The notes beneath the pieces were generated by a model. It was not told where the DNA came from. It saw nothing but the letters and a program-made list of their open reading frames with translations, and did not search any database. Of a stretch of DNA of 44,862 nt, positions 11,096 to 21,697 are shown piece after piece. A program made the translations under genes and the position numbers. This stretch comes from Macrostomum lignano (lineage: Eukaryota), in assembly GCA_002269645.1 (NCBI GenBank), contig NIVC01000058.1, positions 1 through 44,862 on the forward strand. The letters are read 5' to 3'. Position 1 is the first letter of the stretch; the number at the start of each line of letters is the position of its first letter.

Positions 11096-11988
11096 CGCGG
11101 GCACGCCCTGACTTTCTAACCGTTATAATCGTCAGGCATGTACACTCTGTGAGCCTTGCGGTTGGCCCTCGAGGGTTTGAATCGCACGACAATTTCCTCC
11201 CAGCCTCGATCGCTAGTCACAAAAGTGGCGAGCGAAGAGCTGACACTTACTGAACAACTTATAGTACAGACTGGCGTCTTCGTCTCTGCATTCGATCTCT
11301 CTGAAGTCGGCCGCTCCGCTCAGCAGAAGTCTAGTAAAGTTCTTGAAAGTGTGGCGATGCAGGAACCTGGCTAATTGGCTCTCATTGACGCTGGCGTCGC
11401 TTCGGATACAGATCTGCATGCGAGAGTGGAGCGAATGCTGTGTTCGAGTCCTTTCTCTGACGGGGTCATGACAGGAGTTGTTAGACAAGCGAGGGCTTAA
11501 TCACCTGTTAGACAGGGGTACTAGTTATGTGTTACAAGACACAAGTGGGTTATCATCTTTTGGAAATAAGTGCGGTTCGTCACCTATCACCCTGTAGATA
11601 AGGGTGAGATTAGTGTCCTGCTAGACATGGATTGTTAACCTGTTAAAAAGGTTTTAGTCACCCGTTAGACCAGGGTTAATCGCTTATTAAACTATTGTAG
11701 TACCCAGTACATTGGTGTTGTAGATAAAACAACTGTTACACAAGGATGTTACTAGTTACACAGCGACGCTTGACCCTTTTTCTGGGGGGGGGGGCATATC
11801 CCAGTGGTCTAGCCCGGCGCTCTGATGTGCCAGCGGCCCAGGCTTGATTCCAAGTGCAGTCGCATTAATTTAGGGCTAAATTGGAATCTCAGCTTGGCTC
11901 TGCTCGTGCAATTAACGCCCTTTGAGGGCCAACCCGCAAGCCACAGTGAAGTGTACATGCCTAACGATACCTAAAGTCAGGGCTGTTG
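11096..11988. mobile_element. Non-autonomous TIR element, ~890 bp, degenerate ~75-bp TIRs, probably TA-flanked
   Basis: Left gccctgacttt...aggcatgtacactctgtgagccttgcggttggccctcgaggg is the inverse of right ccctttgagggccaacccgcaagccacagtgaagtgtacatgcct...aaagtcagggc. TA lies at 11094-11095 and 11989-11990. Confidence 0.6.
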
Positions 11989-12205
11989 TACACTCCTGAG
12001 TGTGTGCCTGTGCGTATGACTGCGTACGTGTCCGCGCGCTTGTGTGCCTGCTCAGGGGAGTCGGCGGAATGGGCAGTAATGCCTCTCGCCGGTTGTGTGA
12101 CAATGTCGCTTAAAGTGCACCAGGGTGCACACAGCTCCCTGCCTCTAATAAATAATAAAGAAGTACATTTCCTGATCGCATCAGGAAGATCTAATATCGG
12201 CTCAC

Positions 12206-12476
12206 TTCGTAGCAGGTTTCTCCGATGCCGAACCGCAGCGAGAAGCCGCACTGCGACACCTGCACCTGCTGAAGCGAGTGGCCAGCACTCTCAACTCCGT
12301 GCGCGCGCCGACCGATTCCCGCCCAGCTGCCCTGCTCCATCGCCAGCAGACGGCCGCCGGGGCCTCGATGGGCGGCTTCGAAAACTGCGGCTGGGTTGGT
12401 GACGTCATCAAGCGCGTCAGTCAGCTCTACTCGAAGGCTTCCGGTATCCTGTGTGGACAGCAGAGTTGCTGACACG
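12206..12476 (-). CDS. Upstream exon of the repeat-protein gene
   Basis: Boundaries ccccattccag|C and GAA|gtgagc. The phase-0 donor joins in frame to the phase-0 acceptor at 10558 (…GETCYE|TQAADC…). GC-rich codon bias. Confidence 0.65.
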
Positions 12477-12520
12477 CTGGAATGGGGCAAAGTTTTATCT
12501 TTGCAACGAATCTGTAATAA

Positions 12521-13060
12521 GGTTTACCTTAGATACGGGACCTAATCCCTGCACCATAGCAACGAATGGTTTACCTTAGATACGGGACCTAATCCCTGCA
12601 CCATAGCAACGAATGGTTTGCCTTAGATACGGGACCTAATCCCTGCACTATAGCAACGAATGGTTTACCTTAGATACGGGACCTAATCCCTGCACCATAG
12701 CAACGAATGGTTTACCTTAGATACGGGAACTAATTGTTGTTATTGCAAAGGCATGCAATGCGTAGGGATAGTTCGGGGACAGGGTTTCTAGAAACTTCCA
12801 CAACAGGACTTGTTTACGCATAGTTCCAGAAGTTTCTTCTCCCGGTCTTTCTAGAACTTTCCTTCCCCGCTTGCATAATATACGAGCCGCCCTCCTATTG
12901 GCCAAGCCCTCTTTTGGTGCCACTGGGCGCCCGGATAATTATCGATCTTGTTTCTGCGTTCGTTAATTCAACAACAGAACACTAATCCCTGCACCATAGC
13001 AAGGGATGGTTTACCTTAGATACGGGAACTAATCCTTACACCATAGCAACGTATGGTTCA
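12521..13060. repeat. 47-bp minisatellite (GGTTTACCTTAGATACGGGACCTAATCCCTGCACCATAGCAACGAAT), interrupted
   Basis: ggttt at 12521, 12568 and onward; the array resumes at 12982 after an insertion. Confidence 0.92.
12735..12981. mobile_element. Probable solo LTR (247 bp)
   Basis: Begins TGTT and ends AACA; flanked by a 5-bp direct repeat CTAAT (12730-12734, 12982-12986) that occurs once in an intact repeat unit. Confidence 0.7.
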
Positions 13061-13656
13061 CATATAGTACCACAAGTACATATAAGCGTATTACAAAAAT
13101 AAAAAAGCTTTATTTTATGTACTTTAAACCTCAGGGATCTTACCGAGAACCCAGCAGACTGCCGTGCACAATAACATCGCTGCCGGGTCTCAATGGTCTC
13201 GGCAAAGCGATCAGCAGTTTTGTTTCCTGTTGTAAATAATTTTTTGTAGTGGAAAGAGATTCAGGAATTTCCAGGTGCATGCACTAATTGTTGCCTAATT
13301 GGTCTTATAAGGCGGTAGACTGAGTGACCAAAATCTCCAACCTAAACCCGATATACCGCGTAGGTAGAAGGAATCAGTGAACGTTGCTACATTGATATGC
13401 GTTTTGCGTCGGGGACAAAGGATTTAAAAATGAATCATCGTAAAAATTTACAAATGTACATTTACATGTAGCTATAATAGCCATAGAAAACTTGGGTCTA
13501 AAAAGAGAGCAGTTTCTGCCGACTTTCTTTGGCGCCATGCAGGGGCTTTAGCACCAAGGGGCTTTAGCACCAAGGGGCTTTAGCACCAAGGGCGCCAAGG
13601 GCCTGACGAGACAATACAAAGCCAGTCTTGTAGTGGTTAAAACTCGATCAACTCAC

Positions 13657-13711
13657 CGCTCCACCAGCAGCTCTGCGAGCTGACTGCTCCAACTCGAGCA
13701 TGATTTATAAC
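13657..13711 (-). CDS. Candidate 55-bp exon of the repeat-protein gene
   Basis: Boundaries ggatag|GT and CG|gtgagt; encodes YKSCSSWSSQLAELLVE. The phase-2 end matches the start of the 12476 exon (CG+C = Arg). Confidence 0.45.
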
Positions 13712-14484
13712 CTATCCGTGTGTATAATTCCTTAGCTGGTTGCCACCCAAGATTGGGTGAATTTGTATGCTGCAGCAACTTTTAACTTGTGGCAAGCAGT
13801 GCAAGCGTTTGGCAACAGGCTGAGCTGTATAAATACCTGCATATATAGCCAAAAGTCATTAAGCAAATATTGCAAGTAATTTGTGTGTTAGAAAAATTCG
13901 CAAAAAGGCACAGACCAAAGCTGAGCACTGACCGCCAGTACTGTACAGACTCGATGCAACTTCGCAATAACAAAGTTTACCATTAGCCATTAGCCCTGTA
14001 GCCACATGTAGGTCCGATTTCGATGCTCATGCGATTCGAGCACACAATACCAACTCAAAACGCGGCCTTATCGGCAAAAACTCGACCTGAGTTTCTGCCT
14101 CTCCTGCAGCGCTGCAGCGATAAGGTGCGCGAGCAAATTTAGATAGAAATTGTGTTTAATTTTTACCTGCCTTAAGCTGTATACGGCATGTCTTTCTGTG
14201 GATGTCTCGCTTCAACAAAGTTTTCTAAAGACGCCCTAAAACTCGATTTTGTCCAGCTTATTTCGATAAAGATAAAACAAAAAGCTATTAGCGGCAAATC
14301 ACAAACAATTAAAGGCATCAATTGCGTTAATCCGTTAAAATTAACTTTTTTAACTGGAGTTGGCCAACTCCGGCCCGCGAAACTTCTCTAAACCGGCCCT
14401 CGGGTGGAGCAGACAGTTCACAGTGGAAATGCGGCCCGCTCAATGTTTGTCTCTTCTCAGCTGTCTTTCTCTAATTCATTATCT

Positions 14485-14935
14485 TGCTTTCTCTTCCCTC
14501 TCTCCCCTCTCTTCTCTCCTATCCTTCTCCTCACCTCTCTTCTCTCCTATCCTACTCCTCACCTCTCCTGTCCTCTCCCCACCTCCCCTATCTTCTCCCC
14601 TCATCTCTCCTCTCCCCATCTCTCTTCTCCTCTCCTCTCCTTTTCTCCCCTCTCCTCTCCTCTTCTCTCCTCTCCTCTTCTCTCCTCTCCTCACCTCTCC
14701 TCTTCTCTTCTCTCCTCTCCTCACCTCTCTTCTCCTCTCCTCTCCTCTCGTCTCCTCTTCTCTTCTCTCCTCTCGTCAGATCTCCTCACCTCACCTCTCT
14801 TCACCTCTCTTCTCCTCTCTCTTGTACTCTGTACCGTTCTCTCTGTATTCTCTCTCATTGTCTCTCTCTCATTCTCTCTAATGTCCTTTCTTCTCTATTT
14901 CCTCTTCTCTCTGTCTTTTTCTCTTTTTCTCTGGC
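14485..14935. repeat. Polypyrimidine (CT-rich) low-complexity tract
   Basis: Direct reading; CTCTC/CCTCT/CTCAC units. Confidence 0.93.
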
Positions 14936-15628
14936 TATTGAGCTAAAAAAGATTGACCGACTCCGCAAAAAGTAAATTTTTCAATTTTTTTGGTTGCAAA
15001 CGTATTTTAGATTAAAAAACCACTGCTTGGCTCATTCTATTTATTACTAAATTACACATACTATAAACTAAAAGTGCAAGCAGATCGAATCAGCTGGATG
15101 CAGCTCAAGCTCCGAGCAGCCATCCAGACTGCAGGTTTTCTCAGGCAGTTAAAAAAGCGTTCGTTAAAGCCGTTTTTAACTGGAAGCAAGCGTGCGCCAA
15201 CCATGCAGTCCTGGCTATGCGATGTCGTTAATAATTTACACGGCAAATGAAACAGCCAGAGAGTTGGGGGGGGGGGGGACAACGGCATGAAAGGCTGCAG
15301 ACGGAGTCTGATTCTCTTCTAACTAAATACAGGAGAAGAGCTACCAGGAGCCATAGCTTGCCCTAGTGTGGGTCCAAGCCTGGGGTATAATGGCTATTTT
15401 TATAACAAAAATTAGATTTATTCAACTTCGCAGCTTGGAAACGTTTGGCATTTCTAGCACAAATTTTTATTCACAATACATATAGTTCTACTAATTAACT
15501 GTTTTCGATCGAATAAAATGCTAGAAAATCTTACTGTAAAAGATGAAGCCTACAGCTGGTTTGGTAGGGTTGTGGCAGACCACAAATCCTATACAAAACA
15601 GTATAAGGATTGGACAAAAATTTCTATG

Positions 15629-15924
15629 TAATAATAATTGATCACATCTGCCTAGGGCAGATGTGCAACCGACAGCTCTGCCGGCGCGGCGCATTTGAAG
15701 GCTGCGTACGGCTGTTCAATCCAAAGACCAGGGGAGGGGGGTCGCCACGCACACCCTCAATTACCCCAGCTAATGCTGGCACCCATTTTACAGCTGGGTG
15801 AACTGAAGCAATGCAGAGTTACGTGTCTTGCTCAAGGACGCAAATTGTTCCAGTGGGATCGGGAATCGAACCCCCGACCTTCAAGTCGTGAGTCCGACGC
15901 TCTAACCACTGGGCTACAACAACC
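15629..15924 (-). mobile_element. tRNA-derived SINE with CORE-like central domain
   Basis: Minus strand: A box TAGCCCAGTGG, B box GGTTCGATTCC, then CCTTGAGCAAGACACGTAACTC...CAGTTCACCCAGCTGTAAAATGGG (MIR/CORE-like), and a (TTA)n tail. Confidence 0.8.
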
Positions 15925-16098
15925 CCTCTATGTATTACCTGTAAACCTGTACCTGTGACTTTAAAACGATAAGCAGCAAAAACACAAAACTTCATACTCT
16001 TCTTCTTTGGCATCTTTCCACTCAAGGAATGCACCCTTAGCCTACACACGCACTTCTGCCCACGCCACACGAGCCCTGCACCTCCTCCTCCGTGAAAC

Positions 16099-18333
16099 AA
16101 ACAACAACAACAACAAAATACGCGACCCCGCATGCACAGTCACAGTTAAAGCAGGGCGCGTCAGATGGCGCGCCGCAGAGCCTGGCAGAGAACAAAGTCC
16201 GCTCCGTTGGCAGTGTCGGGCGCCCCAGCGTCGCACAGCAGGCAGTCCACGTATCGACGGGTTCAGGCCTGACATCGCCTGAAGAGACCCTGCAAGGTAA
16301 GCAGCAGGACGTCCTGAACAGGTTGGGGGCAGTAGCCCTCGGCCCGGATCACGTGGCCCGCCAGTTGATGTCGCCGCCGGCGCAGGATGATGGACGGGCG
16401 CTGCAGCTTGGCCCGATCGTACAGGGCCTCGGTCCCGACGCTCTCGTCAGTTTGAAAGGCCGCACGGAGCAGCCCTGAGTGCGCCGAGTCCAGATGCCGC
16501 TCCAGCGTAGCCGTCAGCGTCCACGTCTCGGCGTTGCAGGACGGTTTCGACCACCACCTGCCACAGTCGAGCCCTCTGGCGGTCGGGCAGCGCTTCGGAC
16601 TGGAGGACGGCTCGGATCGAACGAAAAGCCACCCAGGCAAGTCCTCTGCGCCGCCGGAGGTCCTCTTCCACGTGGGGCACCAGACCGCCGATGTAGGTGA
16701 ACCGCTGGCAGCGTGCGAGCCTGGTCGTCTGCCCGTCTGCGCCGCGGCACGTCAGGTCCGCTGGGATGTCGGCCGGCACAGTCAGCACCTCGGTCTTCAG
16801 CGTGTTGACGATCAGACCGACGCTCGATGCCACCTCGACCAGCCTGTCGATATGGCGCTGGGCGCCTTCAACGGACGAGGACAGGAGGGCGAGGTCGTCG
16901 GCGTAGCCAAGCACGCTTAGGCGCTTTTCACCGTGGCAGCGACCGATGCGTCTGCGCAGCAGGAAGCCGTCATTAGCCGAGGGGAGTGCGGTCCGAAGCA
17001 CCCAGTCCAGCAGCAGCACGAAGAGGAACGGCGCTAGCGTGTCGCCCTGCAGAACTCCTGATGAAGTATCGAACAGGTCAGACAGGCCGTCCGCCGTCAC
17101 CACAGCAGCTCGAGTATCGCAATACAGCGCCATGACTGCGTCTACTAGCTGCTGGGGTACCCGGTAGGCTCGAAGGACAAAGGGGAGCGCGGCTCTCAAC
17201 ACCGAGTCAAACGCCTTTCGAAAGTCAACGAAGACAATGATCAGCGTAGACTGGCGGATGCGCGCCTCCTCGATGACACGGCGGAGTGCGAGGATCTGTG
17301 TCACTGTACCTCGTTGTGGCCGGATTCCGTTCTGCTCGTACCGCAGGTACGGGTCCAGCACCGACTGCAGACGATCAAGCAGCAGCCGGTTGAAGAGCTT
17401 CGCGGTGCAGGACATCAGCGAGATCCCGCGGTGGTCTTCCTTCCGCGTTGTCCGTGTCTTCTTCGGGATCGGCACGATGTGCGCGACGGTCCACTCGGTA
17501 GGCGCAGGAGCGCCGGCGAGCACGCGGTTCATGACGCCTGTGACCTGGGAGGCCACACAGCGGAGCCGCAGCACTTCGACCGGGACTTCGTCGGAGCCGA
17601 GCGCCTTGCCGCCTGATGTTTTCCGAGCGTACAGCACAACGTCCTCCGTGGTGACTGGTCTGGTGCAGAAGTCCTTCTCAGCTGGGAGCGGCGTGTCCAG
17701 TGGGAGCGCAAAGCTGGCGGGCAGCGGCGACGCGGGCGCGTTCACGATGCCGGCAAGAAGTCGCGCAATTCATTCCTGCGCTCCTCCAGGGTGTCGCCGG
17801 CCAGGTTCAGCGCCACGCGCTTTTTGCTCCCCGTCAGAGTCCGGACGGCCGTCCACACTGCGCGGCTCTTCACGTCGGGGCCGGCTGCAGTGATGGACCT
17901 AATGGCGTCGTCGACAGCGGCCTGCTGCTGCTCGTCAAGAAGGTGCTCAAATGCGTCTTCAGCGTCGCCTGTGGGCCTCCGGTTTCTGCGGAGTCGCTCG
18001 ATGTTGAGCTGCGCCAGCCTGATGGTCGGGTCGCTCTGCCAGACAGGCAGCGATTTCTGCGCTGGCCGCATCAGTGGGACCGTCTACTCCGCAGCGGCTC
18101 TAACGGCGGTGCTGATGTCGGAATACTCCGCCTCGCGCTGGTCTCCAAGCGCGCCGACGAAGGCGCCCGTGAATTGACGCTTCGTGAAAAGTCGCAGATC
18201 AGGAGTCGGTGGTCTGACCGGAGAGCCAGCGGAGCTATGGTGTCGCAGTTGGTGACGGGGCGGTGCTCGCGAGTGCGAACCAGCGCATGATCGAGTTGCG
18301 CCAGTCTCATCGTGGCGTTTTGCCCGCGTGCGT
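16099..18333 (-). mobile_element. 5'-truncated RTE-group non-LTR retrotransposon (end of APE endonuclease plus reverse transcriptase)
   Basis: QLDHAL and SDHRLL (APE C-terminus); RT motifs HRGISL, FVDFRKAFDSV, GVLQGDTLAPFLF, YADD; (TTG)n tail. Imperfect TSD tccgtgaaac (16089-16098) / tccgtgagaac (18334-18344). Confidence 0.93.
16263..18310 (-). pseudogene. Disrupted APE-RT ORF of the LINE
   Basis: Split over four ORFs (18071-18310, 17742-18071, 16447-17745, 16263-16640), implying three frameshifts. One near 17750 is repaired by a single added base (RDFFAGIVNAP). Confidence 0.88.
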
Positions 18334-19004
18334 TCCGTGAGAACTTAATTCATAAAACAATCTTGAGGCGAAACCGACATTTTATTTCTGGAAACAAGCC
18401 AAAAAGTGACCATTTTTATATTGTTGACTTTTACCGAAACATTTGAAATCAAGATCGAATAGAGATTAAAAACGGATCCAGACACCTCCTTGTCGAGGCT
18501 CAAGACAAGCCAGCACAAAGCTATTTTGAGCTTGCCACAACTGCCAAAGCTACTCAGCAGCAATGTAGATACTAAGCTCATTAAAAGCGTTGACTATAGC
18601 TACCAGAGTAAAAAAAGTTTAAAAAATCCCTTTGTTCGCCCAAAATCGGCTTGAGGCAGAATGAGTTGATTACTGATGCAGAGGGGAGTCCCGTTTGGCC
18701 GCAGCATCCCGCAACTTCCCATCCCATTGAGAATGCTCAATGCCACCAATTTACTCTCAGCTGCCGCATGACGGGCAAAGTTTCTCTCTCCATCCCGAAG
18801 CTAATTAGCTACTGTCGTGGGATGGTTTCCATGGAGACGAGGACAACAAATTCTATTCACTGGATAGCCCAGCCAGCCAACAGGAAAATGCAGCTGAGAC
18901 ACTATATTTAGAGCTGCAACTGCTCACTGGCTTAGCGACTTTCCTGGCTTAGAAGCATCTACCAATCTACCTCGACAACCAAGCCCTGCTGTCAGCGTCT
19001 TGGA

Positions 19005-20055
19005 ATGACACTTCACGAAGCTGCCATAACCTTGGCAGTGCTGATTTCATTCGCCGACGGTACATCTTTTGTCTTCGACAAGAGGCCGGACTTGTGTCAC
19101 AATGCTGAGACTGCAGCTGACGGTCCGCGCAAACTGCTCGGCATTGTCGATTCTCAAGTGTGCGCTGTCGAATGCGCGAGCATCACGACTCTGTGCTCAG
19201 TGTATGAGTACTCGCCTAGCAACAGGTCGTGCATTCTTGGAAACAGCTGCGACCTGCTGCATTTCTGGCAACTCAGCGGCGGACCGGCCTGCAACACGCA
19301 GGTGCTGCGAGGCGCAGCAGACTGTGAGACTACGTCAGTAACTCCGACTACGACTTCAATTCTGACGACCCCGACTTCGACTACCTCGACTCCGACTGCG
19401 ACTACGACCATTACGACTCCGACCACTACGATAACAACCACGACTCCGACTACCACAACCACCGCTACTCCGACAACCACCACGACTCCGACTACTACAA
19501 CCACCACGACTCCGACAACCACCACGACTTCGACAACCACCACGACTCCGACTACCACAACCACCGCTACTCCGACAACCACCACGACTCCGACTACCAC
19601 AACCACCACTACTCCGACAACCACCACGACTCCGACTACCACAACCACCACTACTCCAACTACCACAACCACCACTACTCCGACAACCACCACGACTCCG
19701 ACTACCACAACCACCACGACTCCGACAACCACCACGACTCCGACTACCACAACCACCACGACTCCGACAACCACCACGACTCCGACAACCACCACTACTC
19801 CGACAACCACCACGACTCCGACAACCACTACGACTCCGACAACCACTACGACTCCGACTACAACCACCACACCGACTACAACAACCACGACTCCGACTAC
19901 GACCACCACACCGACTACAACAACCACGACTCCGACTACGACCACTACGACTTCGACTACGACAACCACTACGACTCCGACTACGACAACTACTACGACC
20001 CCGACTACGACCACTACGACAACCACTACAACTCCTGCTCCAATGGTAGTAACAG
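19005..20055 (+). CDS. Gene A exon 1: signal peptide, PAN/apple-like Cys domain and Thr/Pro mucin stalk
   Basis: Hydrophobic N-terminus [19 protein letters not shown]; [26 protein letters not shown] fits the PAN C-x3-C-x5-C-x2-Y-x-Y-x6-C-x-L pattern; (PTTTT+)n; phase-1 donor ACA G|gtaggc. Confidence 0.85.
19330..20035 (+). repeat. Coding Thr/Pro repeat (PT4-6) of gene A
   Basis: Direct reading; mixed 15/18/21-bp units. Confidence 0.93.
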
Positions 20056-20678
20056 GTAGGCATAAAATGAATTTTAACATACGGAAGTATTAAGAAACTA
20101 AAGTTTTTTAAACCGAGCATTCAGCTGGAAATACTGACAGAAAAAGCTTAAGGTTGGTCTCGCAGTCATACGGCTTAAGCTTTTCCATAAGGAAATGTTT
20201 TTAAACCACTGGTTCTGAGCGCGTCCATAGAGAATCATTCAATCACCCGCAACAAAATTGCTCTTAGTTAAAGCTAAATTAAAAAAGAGATATCCAGAGC
20301 TGGACAAAGGACAGGCGGCTTAACTTGTGGCTCCTCTTGGATGTGACATCCGCCAGCAGGGGGAGACAGGGGCGCCCGCAGAGCTCATGAAGCCATTTGC
20401 ATATTTCAAAGACTCAAACATCGTACTTTCAATCTTCAGTTTTCACGATTTTTTGCTAGAAATTTCCTATACATATTGAAATTGAAATTTCGAATTTCAA
20501 ATGAATCAAGGGTCTGTTTTGTACGAGGCGCACACAAAAGTTTATCAAGCAGTTTTTTTCTCTGAAAATACATTTTTTCTACAGTACATGCATTTTTTAG
20601 TGCAGCGTCCATCTAATTTTGTTGTCCAATGAATTTATATTTATTGCATAACTTCGAATCGTCAATTTAAATTTTCAG

Positions 20679-21421
20679 TGCCAACCTCGGGTTCAAAACA
20701 ACATGGAACGCCGGTGACCTACACGCCCCCTATGGACAATGCCTGCTATCGTTTCGAAGCGCGTGGCGCCAAAGGAGGTTCCGGCGGAAGCGCAGCCGGT
20801 GGCAACGGGGCTATAAAAATTGCCCACTTTATCCTGACCAGCTCTCAGACGTTGACTATTGTTGTCGGAAAACCCGGAAACGATGGCGATGGCGGCGGCG
20901 GAGGAGGCGGCACTTTCGTCTACACGAGTGGCGGCAGTCCCGTCCTGCTGCTGGCGGCCGGAGGAGGAGGCGGTGGAGCAGACGTCAGTTCGGCTACAGG
21001 CAGCCCTGGAATCAGTTCGACCGGCGGCTGCTCCGGAAACGCGGGAAGCAACCCGTCCGGAAATAACTGCGGCGCCAGTGGTGCAGGATGGCAATCATCT
21101 GGAACTTCACCAGGTAGCAGTCAATGTGGCGCCGTTGGAAGTGACATGGCAGGAGGTGATGGCGCATCAGGCGACGGCGGCTTTGGTGGCTACGGTGGTG
21201 GAGGCGGTGGAGGCCGAACAGCTGGAGCAAATAAGGCCGGAGGCGGCGGCGGCGGTGGCTACTGCGGCGGCTCCGGCGGCGAATCGGGCAGTCCAGGTGG
21301 CGGCGGCTCCAGCTATGCAGCTTCTTTAGCTAAGCAAGTTTCAGGATCGGATGGAGGCAACACCGAATCTGATGGCAAGGTAGACATATCTATCGTGAAT
21401 GGCTCCTTCTGCACACCGTGA
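20679..21421 (+). CDS. Gene A exon 2: glycine-rich domain of the ALK/LTK ectodomain type; the spliced product is 597 aa
   Basis: Acceptor attttcag|TG completes GTG in frame. YRFEARGAKGG...GGNGA.I...F.L...L.IVVGKPG...GGGGGTFV...LLLAAGGGGG follows the GRD pattern. Stop TGA at 21419-21421. Confidence 0.87.
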
Positions 21422-21495
21422 GCACCGGTTGAAAACGTTAACATGACTTTATTCGCTAAGAACTCACTGCAAGCAACTCTCTTATGACTTTAGCA

Positions 21496-21697
21496 CAGGG
21501 GTTGGCAAACTCTTTTTACCTCAAGGACCAAAAGAGAACCTAAGCGCATGACTGCGGGCCAGAGAAGGGGGGAGAAAACAGAACAGTGGGATGGCTAAAT
21601 TGTAGAGTTTTAAAGGACCCGATCCGCGAGGCCCCGATAGATGAGGCTTTGCGGACCTCATGTGGCTCACGGGCGGGAGTCTGCCGACCCCTACCTG
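21496..21697. mobile_element. hAT-like MITE (202 bp)
   Basis: CAGGGGTTGGCAAACTC ... GAGTCTGCCGACCCCT(acct)G; 8-bp TSD ctttagca/ctctagca with one mismatch. Confidence 0.7.

Noticed and set aside
14360-14975. Leu/Ser/Pro-rich and Arg/Gly/Glu-rich ORFs
   Set aside because: Translations of the CT tract.
15850-15924. tRNA gene (also 25320-25390)
   Set aside because: Has A/B boxes but no acceptor stem; the anticodon-like triplet differs between copies (CAC vs CAT); it continues into a SINE body.
16479-18290. Several plus-strand ORFs
   Set aside because: Antisense to the GC-rich LINE ORF.
18651-18911. 86-aa ORF identical to 25888-26148
   Set aside because: Starts at TTG with no recognisable motif; identity extends into the flanks, so it reflects the near-identical upstream patch.
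19154-20120. Poly-Val/Gly and Arg/Ser/Gly ORFs (also 26334-27069)
   Set aside because: Antisense frames of the Thr/Pro repeat.
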